Shown here in pieces: positions 1-9,489 of a DNA stretch of 64,000 nt. The stretch covers positions 71,481 to 135,480 of the forward strand of contig JAFCCL010000002.1 of the NCBI GenBank assembly GCA_017610205.1, written 5' to 3'. A program made the position numbers and the translations under genes. Under the pieces are notes generated by a model, which was not told the DNA's origin, ran no database searches, and saw only the letters and a list, made by a program, of their open reading frames with translations. Origin of the DNA: Candidatus Iainarchaeum sp. (GTDB lineage: Archaea; Iainarchaeota; Iainarchaeia; Iainarchaeales; GCA-2688035). Each line of letters begins with the position of its first letter. Position 1 is the stretch's first letter.

Positions 1-180
1 CTGTGCTAATATAAAGTGCTTTTTCACCAAAAAGATTTGCGCCATTTAAAAGAAACTGAAGACAAAGAGTACTTTTTCCTGTTCCTGCACCACCAGAAAT
101 AAGCACAAGATTACCCTGAGGAATGCCTCCTTCAAGTGCCTTGTCAAGACCCTGAATTCCAAATTTTGTTTTTTCCATAA
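1..180 (-). CDS. KaiC-like RecA-superfamily ATPase, N-terminal 60 aa only (gene continues past window start)
   Basis: Reverse complement of 1-180 reads MEKTKFGIQGLDKALEGGIPQGNLVLISGGAGTGKSTLCLQFLLNGANLF..., with Walker A GGAGTGKST and the typical KaiC N-terminus. There is no stop inside the window. Confidence 0.55.
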
Positions 181-274
181 AAAAACCTTCAAATAGTAAT
201 AAGACTTCACTCTATATAAATTTTTCTCATGCAATATGATCCGTTTAAATCATTTTGGGAGACTAATTTAAGTT

Positions 275-1000
275 ATGACATTAAGTCTTTCAACAGGAAG
301 CGTTTGGAAAGCAGTAGACAATCGAATTGAAGGGGTGCATCTTGTAGAAAAATTATTTTCTAGCCTGATTGACGGAGTTGAATTGTGCTTGATTGACCAA
401 AAAGGTTTTGAAGAATTTGAATTGGATAAAAAAAGCATAAAATTTCTTAAAGGAATGAAATTCAATTCACTGCATACACCAAGCAGGGAATATGGAAAAA
501 GCAGGCAAAGTAAAAAAATTCTTGAAAAAATTGACAAAATTAGCCAAATCATAAAACTAGAGCACGTTACATTTCACCCAAATCATGTTAAGGATTTTTC
601 TGCATTAAAAAAATTTGAATTCAAAACATGCATTGAAAACTTGGCGTGTGGAGAAATGCACAAGGGGTGGCAGTTTCCAAAAGAGATAAAGGCATTTCTT
701 GAAAAGGAAAAAGACATTGGTTTCTGCTTTGATGTAAGCCATGCGATGTCAAATGGAATAAACCCAAAAGAATTTTTGGAATTGCTGGGAGAAAGAATTT
801 CATGCATCCACCTTAGTGCAATTGAAAAAGAAGGAAGGGAAAATCACAAGTTTGTTTTTAATTCAAGCAAACAAGCACAGAAAAAAATTGAGCCGGTTTT
901 TACTTTTGGTGTTCCTTTAATCATAGAAGTTGCCCTTGAAAAAGAAAAAATCCCGCTAATAAAAAAAGAGATATCTTTTGTAAGAAAAAAACTCGGTTAA
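275..1000 (+). CDS. Xylose-isomerase-like TIM barrel / AP endonuclease family 2 (EndoIV-like) protein
   Basis: 241 aa. Motifs NSLHTP, VTFHPNH, IENLA, CFDVSHA and IHLS match the EndoIV / sugar-phosphate isomerase metal-binding pattern. Confidence 0.5.
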   Translation: MTLSLSTGSVWKAVDNRIEGVHLVEKLFSSLIDGVELCLIDQKGFEEFELDKKSIKFLKGMKFNSLHTPSREYGKSRQSKKILEKIDKISQIIKLEHVTFHPNHVKDFSALKKFEFKTCIENLACGEMHKGWQFPKEIKAFLEKEKDIGFCFDVSHAMSNGINPKEFLELLGERISCIHLSAIEKEGRENHKFVFNSSKQAQKKIEPVFTFGVPLIIEVALEKEKIPLIKKEISFVRKKLG

Positions 1001-1572
1001 ATTTCAGCTTCAAGCTGTCGCCTTACTCTTTTGTCGGAAAAATCAAACAAAGACTGTTTCTTTATTATAAATTCGCACGAATTCCCACCCAAGGCACAGC
1101 AGTGGGTTTCAACACAATCAACAGATTCCTCAAAAACTCTTGAAAAAAGCCCTGCAAGAATACCCCTCAAAATATGGTCTGCCGGCGCTTTAAGTTTTGA
1201 ATTAAGATTTTTTGCAACAGGATTATTCGAAACCCGAACAATTGCTTTTTTTGAATTAAAATCAAGATCAACATTCTTTATAGTGCCCCAACCAGATGCC
1301 ACAAAATATTGTTCTAAAAACGCAACCATCTTTTTTCCCCTTAAACCAAACTCCAATCCAAAAGCAGGAATAAGATTGTCTGCAACACTCTCCCTTATTG
1401 CAACATACAGCTTTTTTTCAAATTCAGGATCATTTGTTTCAAGAAGACATGAAAGGAGCTGAGTAGGGCAAACAAGAAAGGGCAAGTCTACGAGAAAAAA
1501 ATTGTTATGCTTGTACTTCAAAGAATTTGCATAAATAAACTTGTCGTAAAATCTGTTAAGCGTTGAAATCAC
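997..1572 (-). CDS. V4R-domain protein
   Basis: 191 aa. C-terminal DCVETHCCALGGNSCEF is typical of V4R (4-vinyl reductase) domains. Confidence 0.4.
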   Translation of the reverse strand: MISTLNRFYDKFIYANSLKYKHNNFFLVDLPFLVCPTQLLSCLLETNDPEFEKKLYVAIRESVADNLIPAFGLEFGLRGKKMVAFLEQYFVASGWGTIKNVDLDFNSKKAIVRVSNNPVAKNLNSKLKAPADHILRGILAGLFSRVFEESVDCVETHCCALGGNSCEFIIKKQSLFDFSDKRVRRQLEAEI

Positions 1573-1639
1573 CTTTTAACATTGGAACAGTAAGGTATTC
1601 TTTTAATTTAAATTTAATTAGTTGCCATTTGAACCAAAA

Positions 1640-2353
1640 TTAAAGCATTGAAATAATAGTTAAAACAAGAACACTTACAAGAACCCCAATAAGGAACAAA
1701 AGAGGTTTTCCCGACTGACCTCTTGGCAAAGTGTCCCTTACAGCAATATAAAGCATTGCACCCAAAACAAATGAAAAAAGAAGATGGTAAAGATAAGGTG
1801 TTAGGTTCAATGCATAAGCAGCCAACACGCCAAAAACCGGTGACATAGGAAGAAGAAAGCCTGCAAGAAGCTTTTTGTTAAATGTTTTATCAATGTCATT
1901 CAAAGAAAGACTGCTTGAAAAAGTGTGCAAAAGCAACGGAATAAAGATAAGGAACCCTGACAAAATCCCCTCAATGCTAAAAGCAAGAAAAAGAGTTATT
2001 CCAACAAGGAAATGGTTTACAAAAAAACCAAGTGCATGAATTGAAGCAAGGTCCTTCATTTGCTCTTTCTTGTTCACAATATGCTGGTAAACATACTTTT
2101 CGCCAAGATGCAGTGAAACAAAACCAGCAAGCATCAGCAAAAAAATGCTTTCTCCAACATGATACATTCCATTAAAAAATTCAGGAAGCAGGTAAAGAAA
2201 AATTAAACCAAGGAAAAGCCCAGCAGAAAAAGAAATTGTCTGCATATGAAACTTTTTAACATGCTCTGCATATTTTTCAGAAAAGAAATGAACAGATGCA
2301 AGAATCAAAGAAAGCAGGAAGGCCGAAATTACTGCATAAAAAGATGGAATCAT
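1640..2353 (-). CDS. Polytopic membrane protein, possibly a ZIP-like metal transporter
   Basis: 237 aa with about 8 hydrophobic helices. His-rich helices (HALGFFVNHF) weakly resemble ZIP permeases. Confidence 0.3.
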   Translation of the reverse strand: MIPSFYAVISAFLLSLILASVHFFSEKYAEHVKKFHMQTISFSAGLFLGLIFLYLLPEFFNGMYHVGESIFLLMLAGFVSLHLGEKYVYQHIVNKKEQMKDLASIHALGFFVNHFLVGITLFLAFSIEGILSGFLIFIPLLLHTFSSSLSLNDIDKTFNKKLLAGFLLPMSPVFGVLAAYALNLTPYLYHLLFSFVLGAMLYIAVRDTLPRGQSGKPLLFLIGVLVSVLVLTIISML

Positions 2354-2408
2354 AACTTGAAGAAAAAGGCTTTTTATATTTAAATAGTTTTCTGAAGTAA
2401 ACTATTTT

Positions 2409-3332
2409 ATGCCAGAACTTACAATTGACTTTCATACACACCTGCTTGAAAAAAGAATTAAGCCAGAAGACTATTGGAAAGCCGCAAAGGCAAAAAAGCT
2501 TGATGCAATAGCCATAACAGAGCATTCGTTTGAAAATCCGGCAAAAGCTTACGAAATGCTTTTGGAAAAAAAACCAAGAGGAATAACATTAATTCCAGGA
2601 ATTGAAATTTCAAGCGAAGCAGGACATTTACTTGTTCTTGGAAAAAACAAAGACATTTACAGCATTGAAAGCCTTTTCAGAAAAGGAATTTCAATAAAAG
2701 AAGCAATGGCAATAGCAAAAGTCAAAGGCCTGCTATTAATCATTGCCCACCCATGGGGATTTTCAAGCGACAGTGCAGCATATATTTTGGGAGAAAAAAA
2801 ACTCAAAGCACTTGTTGAAAAAGAAAAAATAGGAATAGAAGCATTCAACGGAATGTTTGGAAACGTAAGCTCGTTTTTTTATGCAACCAACTGGGTTAGA
2901 AAACCAATGAACTTTTTTGACTTTTTGGAAAAAAGCCGCATTGGGAAAAAAACAAGACTAAGCAAGCTTGGCAAAAAAGGCAGGGAAAAACTTGACAAAA
3001 AAGGAAAAGAAATTCTTGAAAGATGCACAAAACCATTTGAACTAAGTAAAAATGCAGCATTTGTTACAGCAGGAAGCGATGCCCACAACCCTAAAAGGAT
3101 TGGAACAGGAATTATAAAACTTACAACAAAAGGAAAAGATATAGAAAGCATTTTGAACGCAGTGCAAAACAAAAAGAATGTGAAATGGATTGGACCCTAT
3201 GTAAAAGAAACAAGCAAAGGATACACAATTGACAAAACATCCATGCAAAAAAAAGAAGTGCTAAGCGGATTAAAGTATGCAACAAAGAGCAAAATTGTTA
3301 AAAAAATAAAAAGGAAAAAATCTAATTCTTAA
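2409..3332 (+). CDS. PHP-domain phosphoesterase with Lys-rich C-terminal tail
   Basis: PHP motifs DFHTH, ITEH, GIEIS and GHLLVLG. C-terminus is KKIKRKKSNS. Confidence 0.7.
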   Translation: MPELTIDFHTHLLEKRIKPEDYWKAAKAKKLDAIAITEHSFENPAKAYEMLLEKKPRGITLIPGIEISSEAGHLLVLGKNKDIYSIESLFRKGISIKEAMAIAKVKGLLLIIAHPWGFSSDSAAYILGEKKLKALVEKEKIGIEAFNGMFGNVSSFFYATNWVRKPMNFFDFLEKSRIGKKTRLSKLGKKGREKLDKKGKEILERCTKPFELSKNAAFVTAGSDAHNPKRIGTGIIKLTTKGKDIESILNAVQNKKNVKWIGPYVKETSKGYTIDKTSMQKKEVLSGLKYATKSKIVKKIKRKKSNS

Positions 3333-3366
3333 AAGCATGAATTTAAATAATTCTTTGTCCTAAATT

Positions 3367-3783
3367 GTGTGCATGATTTTTTCTGTTTTAACCGGAATGC
3401 CATTAAAGGACATTCCAAAAGAAGCAACACAACTTCACTTTGTAAGACCAGTAAAAAAAGAACTGGTGGAAAAAATACTAAAAAAATGCAAAGGCTTAAG
3501 ACAGGCAACCATGAGCAAAAGTTGCCTTGCAAGAATGCCTAAAAAAAACATTGCCATGCTCAAAAAAAAAGGCGTAGTGGTAGAAATTGAAACAAGAGCA
3601 GGGCGTCCAATATCAGTTCCTTTGGAAAAAATGCAACAGGCTTTAGAAATGAGAAAAGATTACCAAAGCCTTAGAGAAGTTGAAAAAGTTACCGGAATTT
3701 CAAAAAGCACAGTCCATTATTTGGAAAAATACTCCCAAAGGGCAAAGATTAAAAATGGGAAAAGAGTAATTTATTTGAAGTGA
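3367..3783 (+). CDS. Small HTH protein (Hin/resolvase-type HTH, no catalytic domain)
   Basis: 138 aa. RAGRPISVPLEKMQQALEMRKDYQSLREVEKVTGISKSTVHYLEK resembles a GRP-HTH_7 DNA-binding domain. Confidence 0.4.
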   Translation: MCMIFSVLTGMPLKDIPKEATQLHFVRPVKKELVEKILKKCKGLRQATMSKSCLARMPKKNIAMLKKKGVVVEIETRAGRPISVPLEKMQQALEMRKDYQSLREVEKVTGISKSTVHYLEKYSQRAKIKNGKRVIYLK

Positions 3784-3838
3784 AGATTAAAAATATGAAA
3801 AGAACAATTTATTTGTAAAATTAAAACGGGGTGATTTT

Positions 3839-4165
3839 GTGGGAAACGAGTTTTTTGAACAGACTTTGATTAATCTTACAAGAAAGGGTGCAGAGGACAG
3901 AGTGCGGTTGCTTAAAAATTTGCACAAAAAAGTTATGCCAAGCCAGCTTGAAAGGATTCAAAAAAACGACAAAAGCGTCTTGCAGGAAATGTTTATGCCA
4001 AAATGGGTTTCATGGGAGCTTTTAAGGGCGTGGGCAGACAATTTCAAAAAACCAGGAAAAGGAAAGCAATGCATTTTGTGCGATGAAAAAAAAGAAAACG
4101 GCATTGACTTTAACGAAAGGTTTATCTGCGAAGGCTGTTTTGTCAGACTAAAGCAATTAGAGTGA
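3839..4165 (+). CDS. Zn-ribbon protein (CxxC...CxxC)
   Basis: 108 aa. C-terminal CILCDEKKENGIDFNERFICEGCF. Confidence 0.4.
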   Translation: MGNEFFEQTLINLTRKGAEDRVRLLKNLHKKVMPSQLERIQKNDKSVLQEMFMPKWVSWELLRAWADNFKKPGKGKQCILCDEKKENGIDFNERFICEGCFVRLKQLE

Positions 4166-4169
4166 AGGC

Positions 4170-4298
4170 CTAAGGTTTTGCAGGCTGTTGTATTCTGCAA
4201 TGGCAGGCAGGGCATTCCCATTCTGAAATTACTTTTTCTCCTTCAACATGCTCAATACCAACCCTCTGCATTTCAATTCCGCATTTTTGGCATTTCAT
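4170..4298 (-). CDS. 42-aa Zn-ribbon mini-protein (not in ORF track)
   Basis: Manual translation gives MKCQKCGIEMQRVGIEHVEGEKVISEWECPACHCRIQQPAKP with two CxxC pairs and a TAG stop. It converges on the upstream gene. Confidence 0.35.
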   Translation of the reverse strand: MKCQKCGIEMQRVGIEHVEGEKVISEWECPACHCRIQQPAKP

Positions 4299-4359
4299 AT
4301 TAAATCAAAAGAAAAAGAAGTGGAACAATTTAAAAGGGTAATTTGACAGGATTTAGTGC

Positions 4360-5037
4360 ATGGCTTTAAAGGCAATTTTGTTTGATTTGGACAATACACT
4401 TATTGATTTTGTTGAATTCAAAAAACAGTGCAGCAATGCGGCAATAAGGGCAATGGTTGAAGCAGGGCTTGGAATGGAAGAAGAAAAGGCTTCAGCACTG
4501 CTTTTCAAAATGTATGATGATTTTGGATGGGAAGATCAGAAAATTTTTGAAAAGTTTTTAAAAAAAGTTTCCGGAAAAATTGATTATAGAATTCTTGCAA
4601 GTGGGATTGCCGCTTACAGGCGTGTAAAGACAGGAAATTTGAGACCCTATCCGCGAATAATGGAAACCCTGATTAAACTTAAATCAAAAGGGCTTACTCT
4701 TGGCATTGTAAGCGATGCCCCAAAAATGCAGGCATGGCTTAGGCTGGCTGAAACAAATATTTCAGAATTTTTTGACGTTGTTGTAGCATTGGAGGACACA
4801 GGAAGAATGAAGCCTAGCAGAATGCCATTCAAACAAGCAATAAAAAAGCTTGGATTCAAATCCGAAGAAATTCTTTTCGTTGGAGACAATCCTGAAAGAG
4901 ACATTAAGGGCGCAAAAGGAGTCGGAATGAAAACAGCCCTTGCCGAATACGGGCAACTTATCAAAGGAAAAAACAAGCCGGATTTTGTTCTCAAAAAACC
5001 ATTTGACTTACTGAAAATTGTTGAAAAATGCAAGTAA
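4360..5037 (+). CDS. HAD-superfamily hydrolase
   Basis: N-terminal DLDNTLID (motif I), GIVSD, and FVGDNPERDIKGAKGVG (motif IV). Confidence 0.8.
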   Translation: MALKAILFDLDNTLIDFVEFKKQCSNAAIRAMVEAGLGMEEEKASALLFKMYDDFGWEDQKIFEKFLKKVSGKIDYRILASGIAAYRRVKTGNLRPYPRIMETLIKLKSKGLTLGIVSDAPKMQAWLRLAETNISEFFDVVVALEDTGRMKPSRMPFKQAIKKLGFKSEEILFVGDNPERDIKGAKGVGMKTALAEYGQLIKGKNKPDFVLKKPFDLLKIVEKCK

Positions 5038-5067
5038 AAATAAAGCACACTCCTTAACGCATAAAAT

Positions 5068-6084
5068 TTAGGTATATTCTTTGAAACGGTAGCCTTTCTT
5101 TTTCTTGAAAAAATTTCTTGAAAGGGAAATGCATTTCATTAAAGCAAGATTTATGTCTTTGCCTTTTCCGGAAAAACCAGCTGCGCCTGCATGCCCTCCT
5201 CCGCTTCCTGAAAAAGTTGCCGGAAGGTTTTGAAAAACATGTTTTGCTAAATCAAAACCTGCTTTTTTTACAACAGCCTGCGAGGCCCTTCCACTTATTC
5301 TAAGCTTTCCGTCCTCAGTATCTCCAACAAATGCAATATCCGCCCCAATTCTTACAAGTGCAGAGGCAGCATCTGATTCAAATGCACCAACATCAGAAGC
5401 TACAACAATGTAATTTGAAATTAGAAAAATTCTTGCCCTTTTGGCAGCTTTTAACTTTGCAATCTTTTCATCAAAAGTTTGCTTTACATGAAATAACGAC
5501 GTAATTGTTGAAAAAGAGGTGTTGCTTTTTTTCAAGACCTCTGACAGAATTGCAAATGTTTTGCTGTTTGCAGTAATGAAAAAAGCCGAATCAGTTATTA
5601 GCCCGGCTGCAATACACATTGATGCCGTCTTGTTAATAGTGCAATTGCTTTTTTTAAGCCAATCAAAAACAAGCTCACAGCTTGCAACAGCATTTTGGTC
5701 TACAACACTGTTTTTCTTGCTTGCAATCTTTTTCTTGGCTAGTCTGTGATGGTCTATGAGAAAAATTTTGCCACTGAATGCAGAGATTTCGTCTGCAAGC
5801 GCATCAGCCATTTTCAAATCATTAAAGTCAACCAAAAAAAGGCAATTGAACTCATCCAAAGATTGCCCTTTTGTCAAAGTGTAAGATATGTTTAGTTTTT
5901 TTGCAAGTGCTTTGGCAGGCAAACTAATGTGACCAGGAACAAGAATTTTTGCCTTATTTTTTTCCCTTAAAGAAAAAAACAATGCTGTGGCTGCACATAT
6001 TGCGTCAACATCACAGCCAGAGTGTGTTATTAGTGCAATTCTATTTCCCTTGAATGAAGAAAGGGGCTTGACCAACAGCATCAC
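5068..6084 (-). CDS. DHH/DHHA1 family phosphoesterase (NrnA/RecJ-like)
   Basis: ITHSGCDVDAICA, FLIDHH, and C-terminal GGGHAGAAGF (DHHA1 GGGH). Confidence 0.75.
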   Translation of the reverse strand: MMLLVKPLSSFKGNRIALITHSGCDVDAICAATALFFSLREKNKAKILVPGHISLPAKALAKKLNISYTLTKGQSLDEFNCLFLVDFNDLKMADALADEISAFSGKIFLIDHHRLAKKKIASKKNSVVDQNAVASCELVFDWLKKSNCTINKTASMCIAAGLITDSAFFITANSKTFAILSEVLKKSNTSFSTITSLFHVKQTFDEKIAKLKAAKRARIFLISNYIVVASDVGAFESDAASALVRIGADIAFVGDTEDGKLRISGRASQAVVKKAGFDLAKHVFQNLPATFSGSGGGHAGAAGFSGKGKDINLALMKCISLSRNFFKKKKGYRFKEYT

Positions 6085-6431
6085 TTTTTGGTTTCTTTCG
6101 TTGCAGGTTTGCTTCCTGCTTCAAGATCTGATTTGAGCTTGTTTAACTTATTTATTAGGCTTTCTTCCTGTTTTTGTATTGTTTTAAGCCTTAAGTCAAT
6201 AGAGGTCTTCTTTTCCTCAATGTCCTTTTTGACTTTGACAGTGTCTTCCTGAATCAGAATATTGCCAACTGCTTTGTAAACCCTTTTTTCTTTGGTTTTT
6301 CCAAGCTCTTCTAACGCCTGCTTCAAAGTCATGCTTTGAACCTGCATCTGCTGCTTTTGCTGTGAAACGCCATACAGTTGTGCTCTGTTTCTTTCAAATT
6401 CTTCGATTTTTGATTGATTTATTTCAGCCAT
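6081..6431 (-). CDS. pfdB: Prefoldin beta subunit
   Basis: 116-aa coiled-coil protein with a prefoldin-beta-like profile, in the canonical position in the exosome superoperon. Confidence 0.7.
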   Translation of the reverse strand: MAEINQSKIEEFERNRAQLYGVSQQKQQMQVQSMTLKQALEELGKTKEKRVYKAVGNILIQEDTVKVKKDIEEKKTSIDLRLKTIQKQEESLINKLNKLKSDLEAGSKPATKETKK

Positions 6432-6434
6432 TTT

Positions 6435-6698
6435 TTAAACCTCCATGACATTTTTTACAAGAATAATTGAATTCAGACACCAGTTAATGGAAGCCCTCAT
6501 TGCAACTGCATCCTGTGCTTTAATATTAATGGAAATGATTCTGTTTTTAATACCAAGTGAAATTGTGCTTCTTTTCAAATGCCTTGCACTAATATCAGGA
6601 AAAATCGTCTTGTAGGCAATACTTGCACCTTTTTCATTTGAAAAATGAAGATTTAGGCAAAGTTCAAATTTATCTTGCTTTGATATCCTTTGCGACAT
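6435..6698 (-). CDS. pcc1: KEOPS subunit Pcc1-like
   Basis: 87 aa. ...AQDAVAMRASINWCLNSI... resembles the Pcc1 core. It sits between rpoP and pfdB as in the archaeal superoperon. Confidence 0.5.
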   Translation of the reverse strand: MSQRISKQDKFELCLNLHFSNEKGASIAYKTIFPDISARHLKRSTISLGIKNRIISINIKAQDAVAMRASINWCLNSIILVKNVMEV

Positions 6699-6807
6699 TT
6701 TCCCTCATCTTGTGAAGTATTTTACTTGCACAGCTTGGGCATCTAATCATACCAGGCTGTAATTCAGAAATGATTTCTCCACATTTTGCACATCTATAAC
6801 TTGCCAT
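6670..6807 (-). CDS. rpoP: DNA-directed RNA polymerase subunit P (Rpc10/RPABC4)
   Basis: Manual translation gives MASYRCAKCGEIISELQPGMIRCPSCASKILHKMRENVAKDIKAR (45 aa), a CxxC...CPxC Zn-ribbon immediately downstream of rpl37ae. It overlaps the pcc1 start by 29 nt. Confidence 0.7.
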   Translation of the reverse strand: MASYRCAKCGEIISELQPGMIRCPSCASKILHKMRENVAKDIKAR

Positions 6808-6828
6808 TTGCTCACCTTTTTTTAAAAA

Positions 6829-7215
6829 CTATTTTTTTTCTTTTTTCTTTTTTTCAGGTTCTTTTTTCTTTTTTTTGTCTTCTTTTTTTTCCTCAACAGG
6901 TTTTTCTTCAGGAACATTTTCAATCAGTTCATCAAGGGCCTTGTTCTTTAAAACAAAAGACTTTTGCGCAACTGTTTTCTTTATGATTGAACCAGGCATT
7001 GTAACAGGCAAATATGCTCCGCCTGCAAAGCTTGCGTGGCATTTTCTACACACATAAAGACCTGCTGCCTTTCTTTTCACTTTTTTAAAACCACAAAACG
7101 GGCAAGCATATGTTTTTTGCTGTTTATCTTCTATTTTAAGAAGTCTTTTTCTTATGCCCACTCCATATCGGCTTCCAAACCGTCCTGTTTTTCTGACTTT
7201 TTTTGTACTGCCCAT
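6829..7215 (-). CDS. rpl37ae: Ribosomal protein L37ae with ~38-aa K/E-rich C-terminal extension
   Basis: CPFCG...CRKC Zn-ribbon core plus tail EEKPVEEKKEDKKKKKEPEKKKKEKK. Confidence 0.85.
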   Translation of the reverse strand: MGSTKKVRKTGRFGSRYGVGIRKRLLKIEDKQQKTYACPFCGFKKVKRKAAGLYVCRKCHASFAGGAYLPVTMPGSIIKKTVAQKSFVLKNKALDELIENVPEEKPVEEKKEDKKKKKEPEKKKKEKK

Positions 7216-7229
7216 TTTTGAAAAACTCC

Positions 7230-8009
7230 TTACACTAATTTCCTCAATTCTTTTGCACTTTTAAAAGATAAGTCAATACATTCATCTATTTCACTTACCT
7301 TAAAAGAGCCTCCAAAACCTTTCTGGAAAGCACACATTGTTTTATCGTCTGAAACAGCACAGCTGAACCTTGCATCCTGAGCTTTTTCTTCAATAAGAAC
7401 AGGATCCAAAACAAGATTTCCTGCAATCTTTGAAACTGTTGTAAGAAGCGGTTGTTTTGCAAGTTTGAGTTTTCCACTGTACTCATGCTTTACAACTTTA
7501 TCGTCTTCGATCTTCGGAATCTTTGTCTCGTTCAATGCAGCAAGAGCCGCAATGCTTCCTGCGTCAAATGCATTGCCGTCATAGTTTGTTACATAAAAAT
7601 CTATGAATGCAATCCAAACAAGTTCTCCTTCTCTTACACAAAGACTTTTGAAGTCTATTGCCTTGCCTTCTCTTATGCCCCTGTCAACAACTCTTGCAAT
7701 TTCTATTGCATTCTCTCTTGGAGGACCAACCTCAAATTGAGGGCTTGCCAAAGGCAAAAGCTCTACTCCAACACTGATTGTTCCCTTGTCAGGATTATCA
7801 GGGTAGGGTGTTCCCAGAACCATCTTTACACCGGCCATAACCTCTGTTTTGCCAAGGGTTACTTTGGCACTTCCGTCGGCATTGTCACTTATATTTTTTA
7901 GAACTGTTACTTTTCTTCGTTCATCCAATTTCCTGCCGTCAACCCTTTTACCTTCCTTAATCAAGGAAGTTACCTTATTGGCTTCAATATCCCATATCAT
8001 TTTTTCCAT
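7230..8009 (-). CDS. rrp42: Exosome complex component Rrp42 (inactive RNase PH-like)
   Basis: 259 aa RNase PH fold, positioned after rrp41. Confidence 0.85.
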   Translation of the reverse strand: MEKMIWDIEANKVTSLIKEGKRVDGRKLDERRKVTVLKNISDNADGSAKVTLGKTEVMAGVKMVLGTPYPDNPDKGTISVGVELLPLASPQFEVGPPRENAIEIARVVDRGIREGKAIDFKSLCVREGELVWIAFIDFYVTNYDGNAFDAGSIAALAALNETKIPKIEDDKVVKHEYSGKLKLAKQPLLTTVSKIAGNLVLDPVLIEEKAQDARFSCAVSDDKTMCAFQKGFGGSFKVSEIDECIDLSFKSAKELRKLV

Positions 8010-8015
8010 TCAAAA

Positions 8016-8753
8016 TCACTTCCCTTTCTCCACTTTGGCAAATTTTTCTCTCAAAGCCACTTTTTGTGCCTCATAAACCTGATTACAGCCTTGAATGCCA
8101 AGCTTTACAGCCTTATTCCATTCAGGTTTTGTGATTGGGCCATCCATCTGCAAAAGAACAATTTCTTCAGTTCTTGGCATTATTGCAATTGGAATATCAA
8201 CTGCATCAGGCGCATCTTCCTCGTCCTTATTCAGGTCAAGAATTATTTCACCACCTGCCTTTCCAACTCCAACAGCACATACAAGATCCTTCATTGGAAT
8301 TCCTGCATCTGCAAGTGCAACACTTGCAGCTGTTATTCCTGCCGCCCTTGAACCTGCGTTGCTATCAAAAATCTCAACATAGATATCAATTGCACAGTTT
8401 GGAAACCTTTCAAGGAAAATTGACTTTTCCAAAGCTTCTCCTGAAACCTTGCTTATTTCAGATTCACGTCTTCCTGGTCGTGGATTTTTCCTGTCAGGAA
8501 CGCTAAATGTTGCCATTCTGTAAGTAAACCTCACTAGTCCCTTGTAGGGATTCTGCTTGTGTTTTGGCAAAGCCTCTTTTGGTCCGTGCACTCCAACCAA
8601 CACCTTGTTCTGCCCCCATTCAAGGTAAGCTGAACCATCAGCGTTTGGTAAAACACCAACCTTCATTTTCAAAGGCCTTATTTCGTCAACTTTTCTTCCA
8701 TCAAGCCTTTTTCCGTTTTTTACATATTCAATTTTTTCATCTTTTTTAGCCAT
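8016..8753 (-). CDS. rrp41: Exosome complex exonuclease Rrp41 (RNase PH)
   Basis: 245 aa. GRRESEISK phosphate-binding motif and RNase PH domains. Confidence 0.9.
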   Translation of the reverse strand: MAKKDEKIEYVKNGKRLDGRKVDEIRPLKMKVGVLPNADGSAYLEWGQNKVLVGVHGPKEALPKHKQNPYKGLVRFTYRMATFSVPDRKNPRPGRRESEISKVSGEALEKSIFLERFPNCAIDIYVEIFDSNAGSRAAGITAASVALADAGIPMKDLVCAVGVGKAGGEIILDLNKDEEDAPDAVDIPIAIMPRTEEIVLLQMDGPITKPEWNKAVKLGIQGCNQVYEAQKVALREKFAKVEKGK

Positions 8754-9481
8754 TATTCATTCACCTTTTTCCCTTTTAAAAATGCTTCAACTTTTACAGT
8801 AAGATTGTCCAAGTGAGCTTCTGATTCAATCAAATTAATTGCTTCAGCAAGCTTTTTTTGATCTCCGCCCTTTGACCAAATCCAACCGTTTCTTCCAATT
8901 AGAAGGCTGGATCCTGTTCCCTCTTTGAGAACAGCAAGCATGCTTCCATTTTTTCCAATCATTCTTGGAACCTTTGCAGGAACCACCCTAATTATTGTGC
9001 CACCGTAAAAAACACGCACATCAAAAAGGTCTGCTTCATTTACTTCGTTTACGCTGTCAATTTTAGCGCTTACAATGCTTCCCTTTTCAAGCCTGTCCCT
9101 GCATTTGTCTGCAGAAAGATAACAAGAATAAATACTGTTTATGTCAACCATATAACCCTTTATTGTTTCCCTTTCAACAATTCCCACAATAAGATCGTCC
9201 CTTTGAGGGAGATATATTCCTGAAAGCGGGACAACATACGCTGTTCCTGAATTAGGGTAAGTTATTCCAAGAGCGTCTGAATAAATCTTGCCATTTTCAA
9301 TAAAAACATGCTGACCTAATTTTTTTCTTCCCTCAGCAATAAGATCTCCGGGAATAACTATTTTTTTCTCTTTGTGTTCAGCCCTGCCCTCTTCAGGCAT
9401 TGGCTTTGCTTCGGCCTTTGTTTCTTTAGCCACAGGCACTGCATCTTTTGGCATTGCCATTTCCTCTTTTTTATTTTCCAT
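8753..9481 (-). CDS. rrp4: Exosome complex RNA-binding protein Rrp4 (S1+KH) with K/E-rich N-terminal extension
   Basis: S1 domain followed by KH (GKNGSMLAVLKEGTGSSLLIGRNGWIW). N-terminal about 40 aa are KE-rich. Confidence 0.8.
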   Translation of the reverse strand: MENKKEEMAMPKDAVPVAKETKAEAKPMPEEGRAEHKEKKIVIPGDLIAEGRKKLGQHVFIENGKIYSDALGITYPNSGTAYVVPLSGIYLPQRDDLIVGIVERETIKGYMVDINSIYSCYLSADKCRDRLEKGSIVSAKIDSVNEVNEADLFDVRVFYGGTIIRVVPAKVPRMIGKNGSMLAVLKEGTGSSLLIGRNGWIWSKGGDQKKLAEAINLIESEAHLDNLTVKVEAFLKGKKVNE

Positions 9482-9489
9482 TTATAAAA

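Noticed and set aside
583-807. Antisense ORFs 583-807 (minus) and 40105-40326 (plus) encode similar 'proteins'.
   Set aside because: They lie opposite the two EndoIV-like paralogues. The similarity is a by-product of the sense-strand paralogy, not evidence of real genes.
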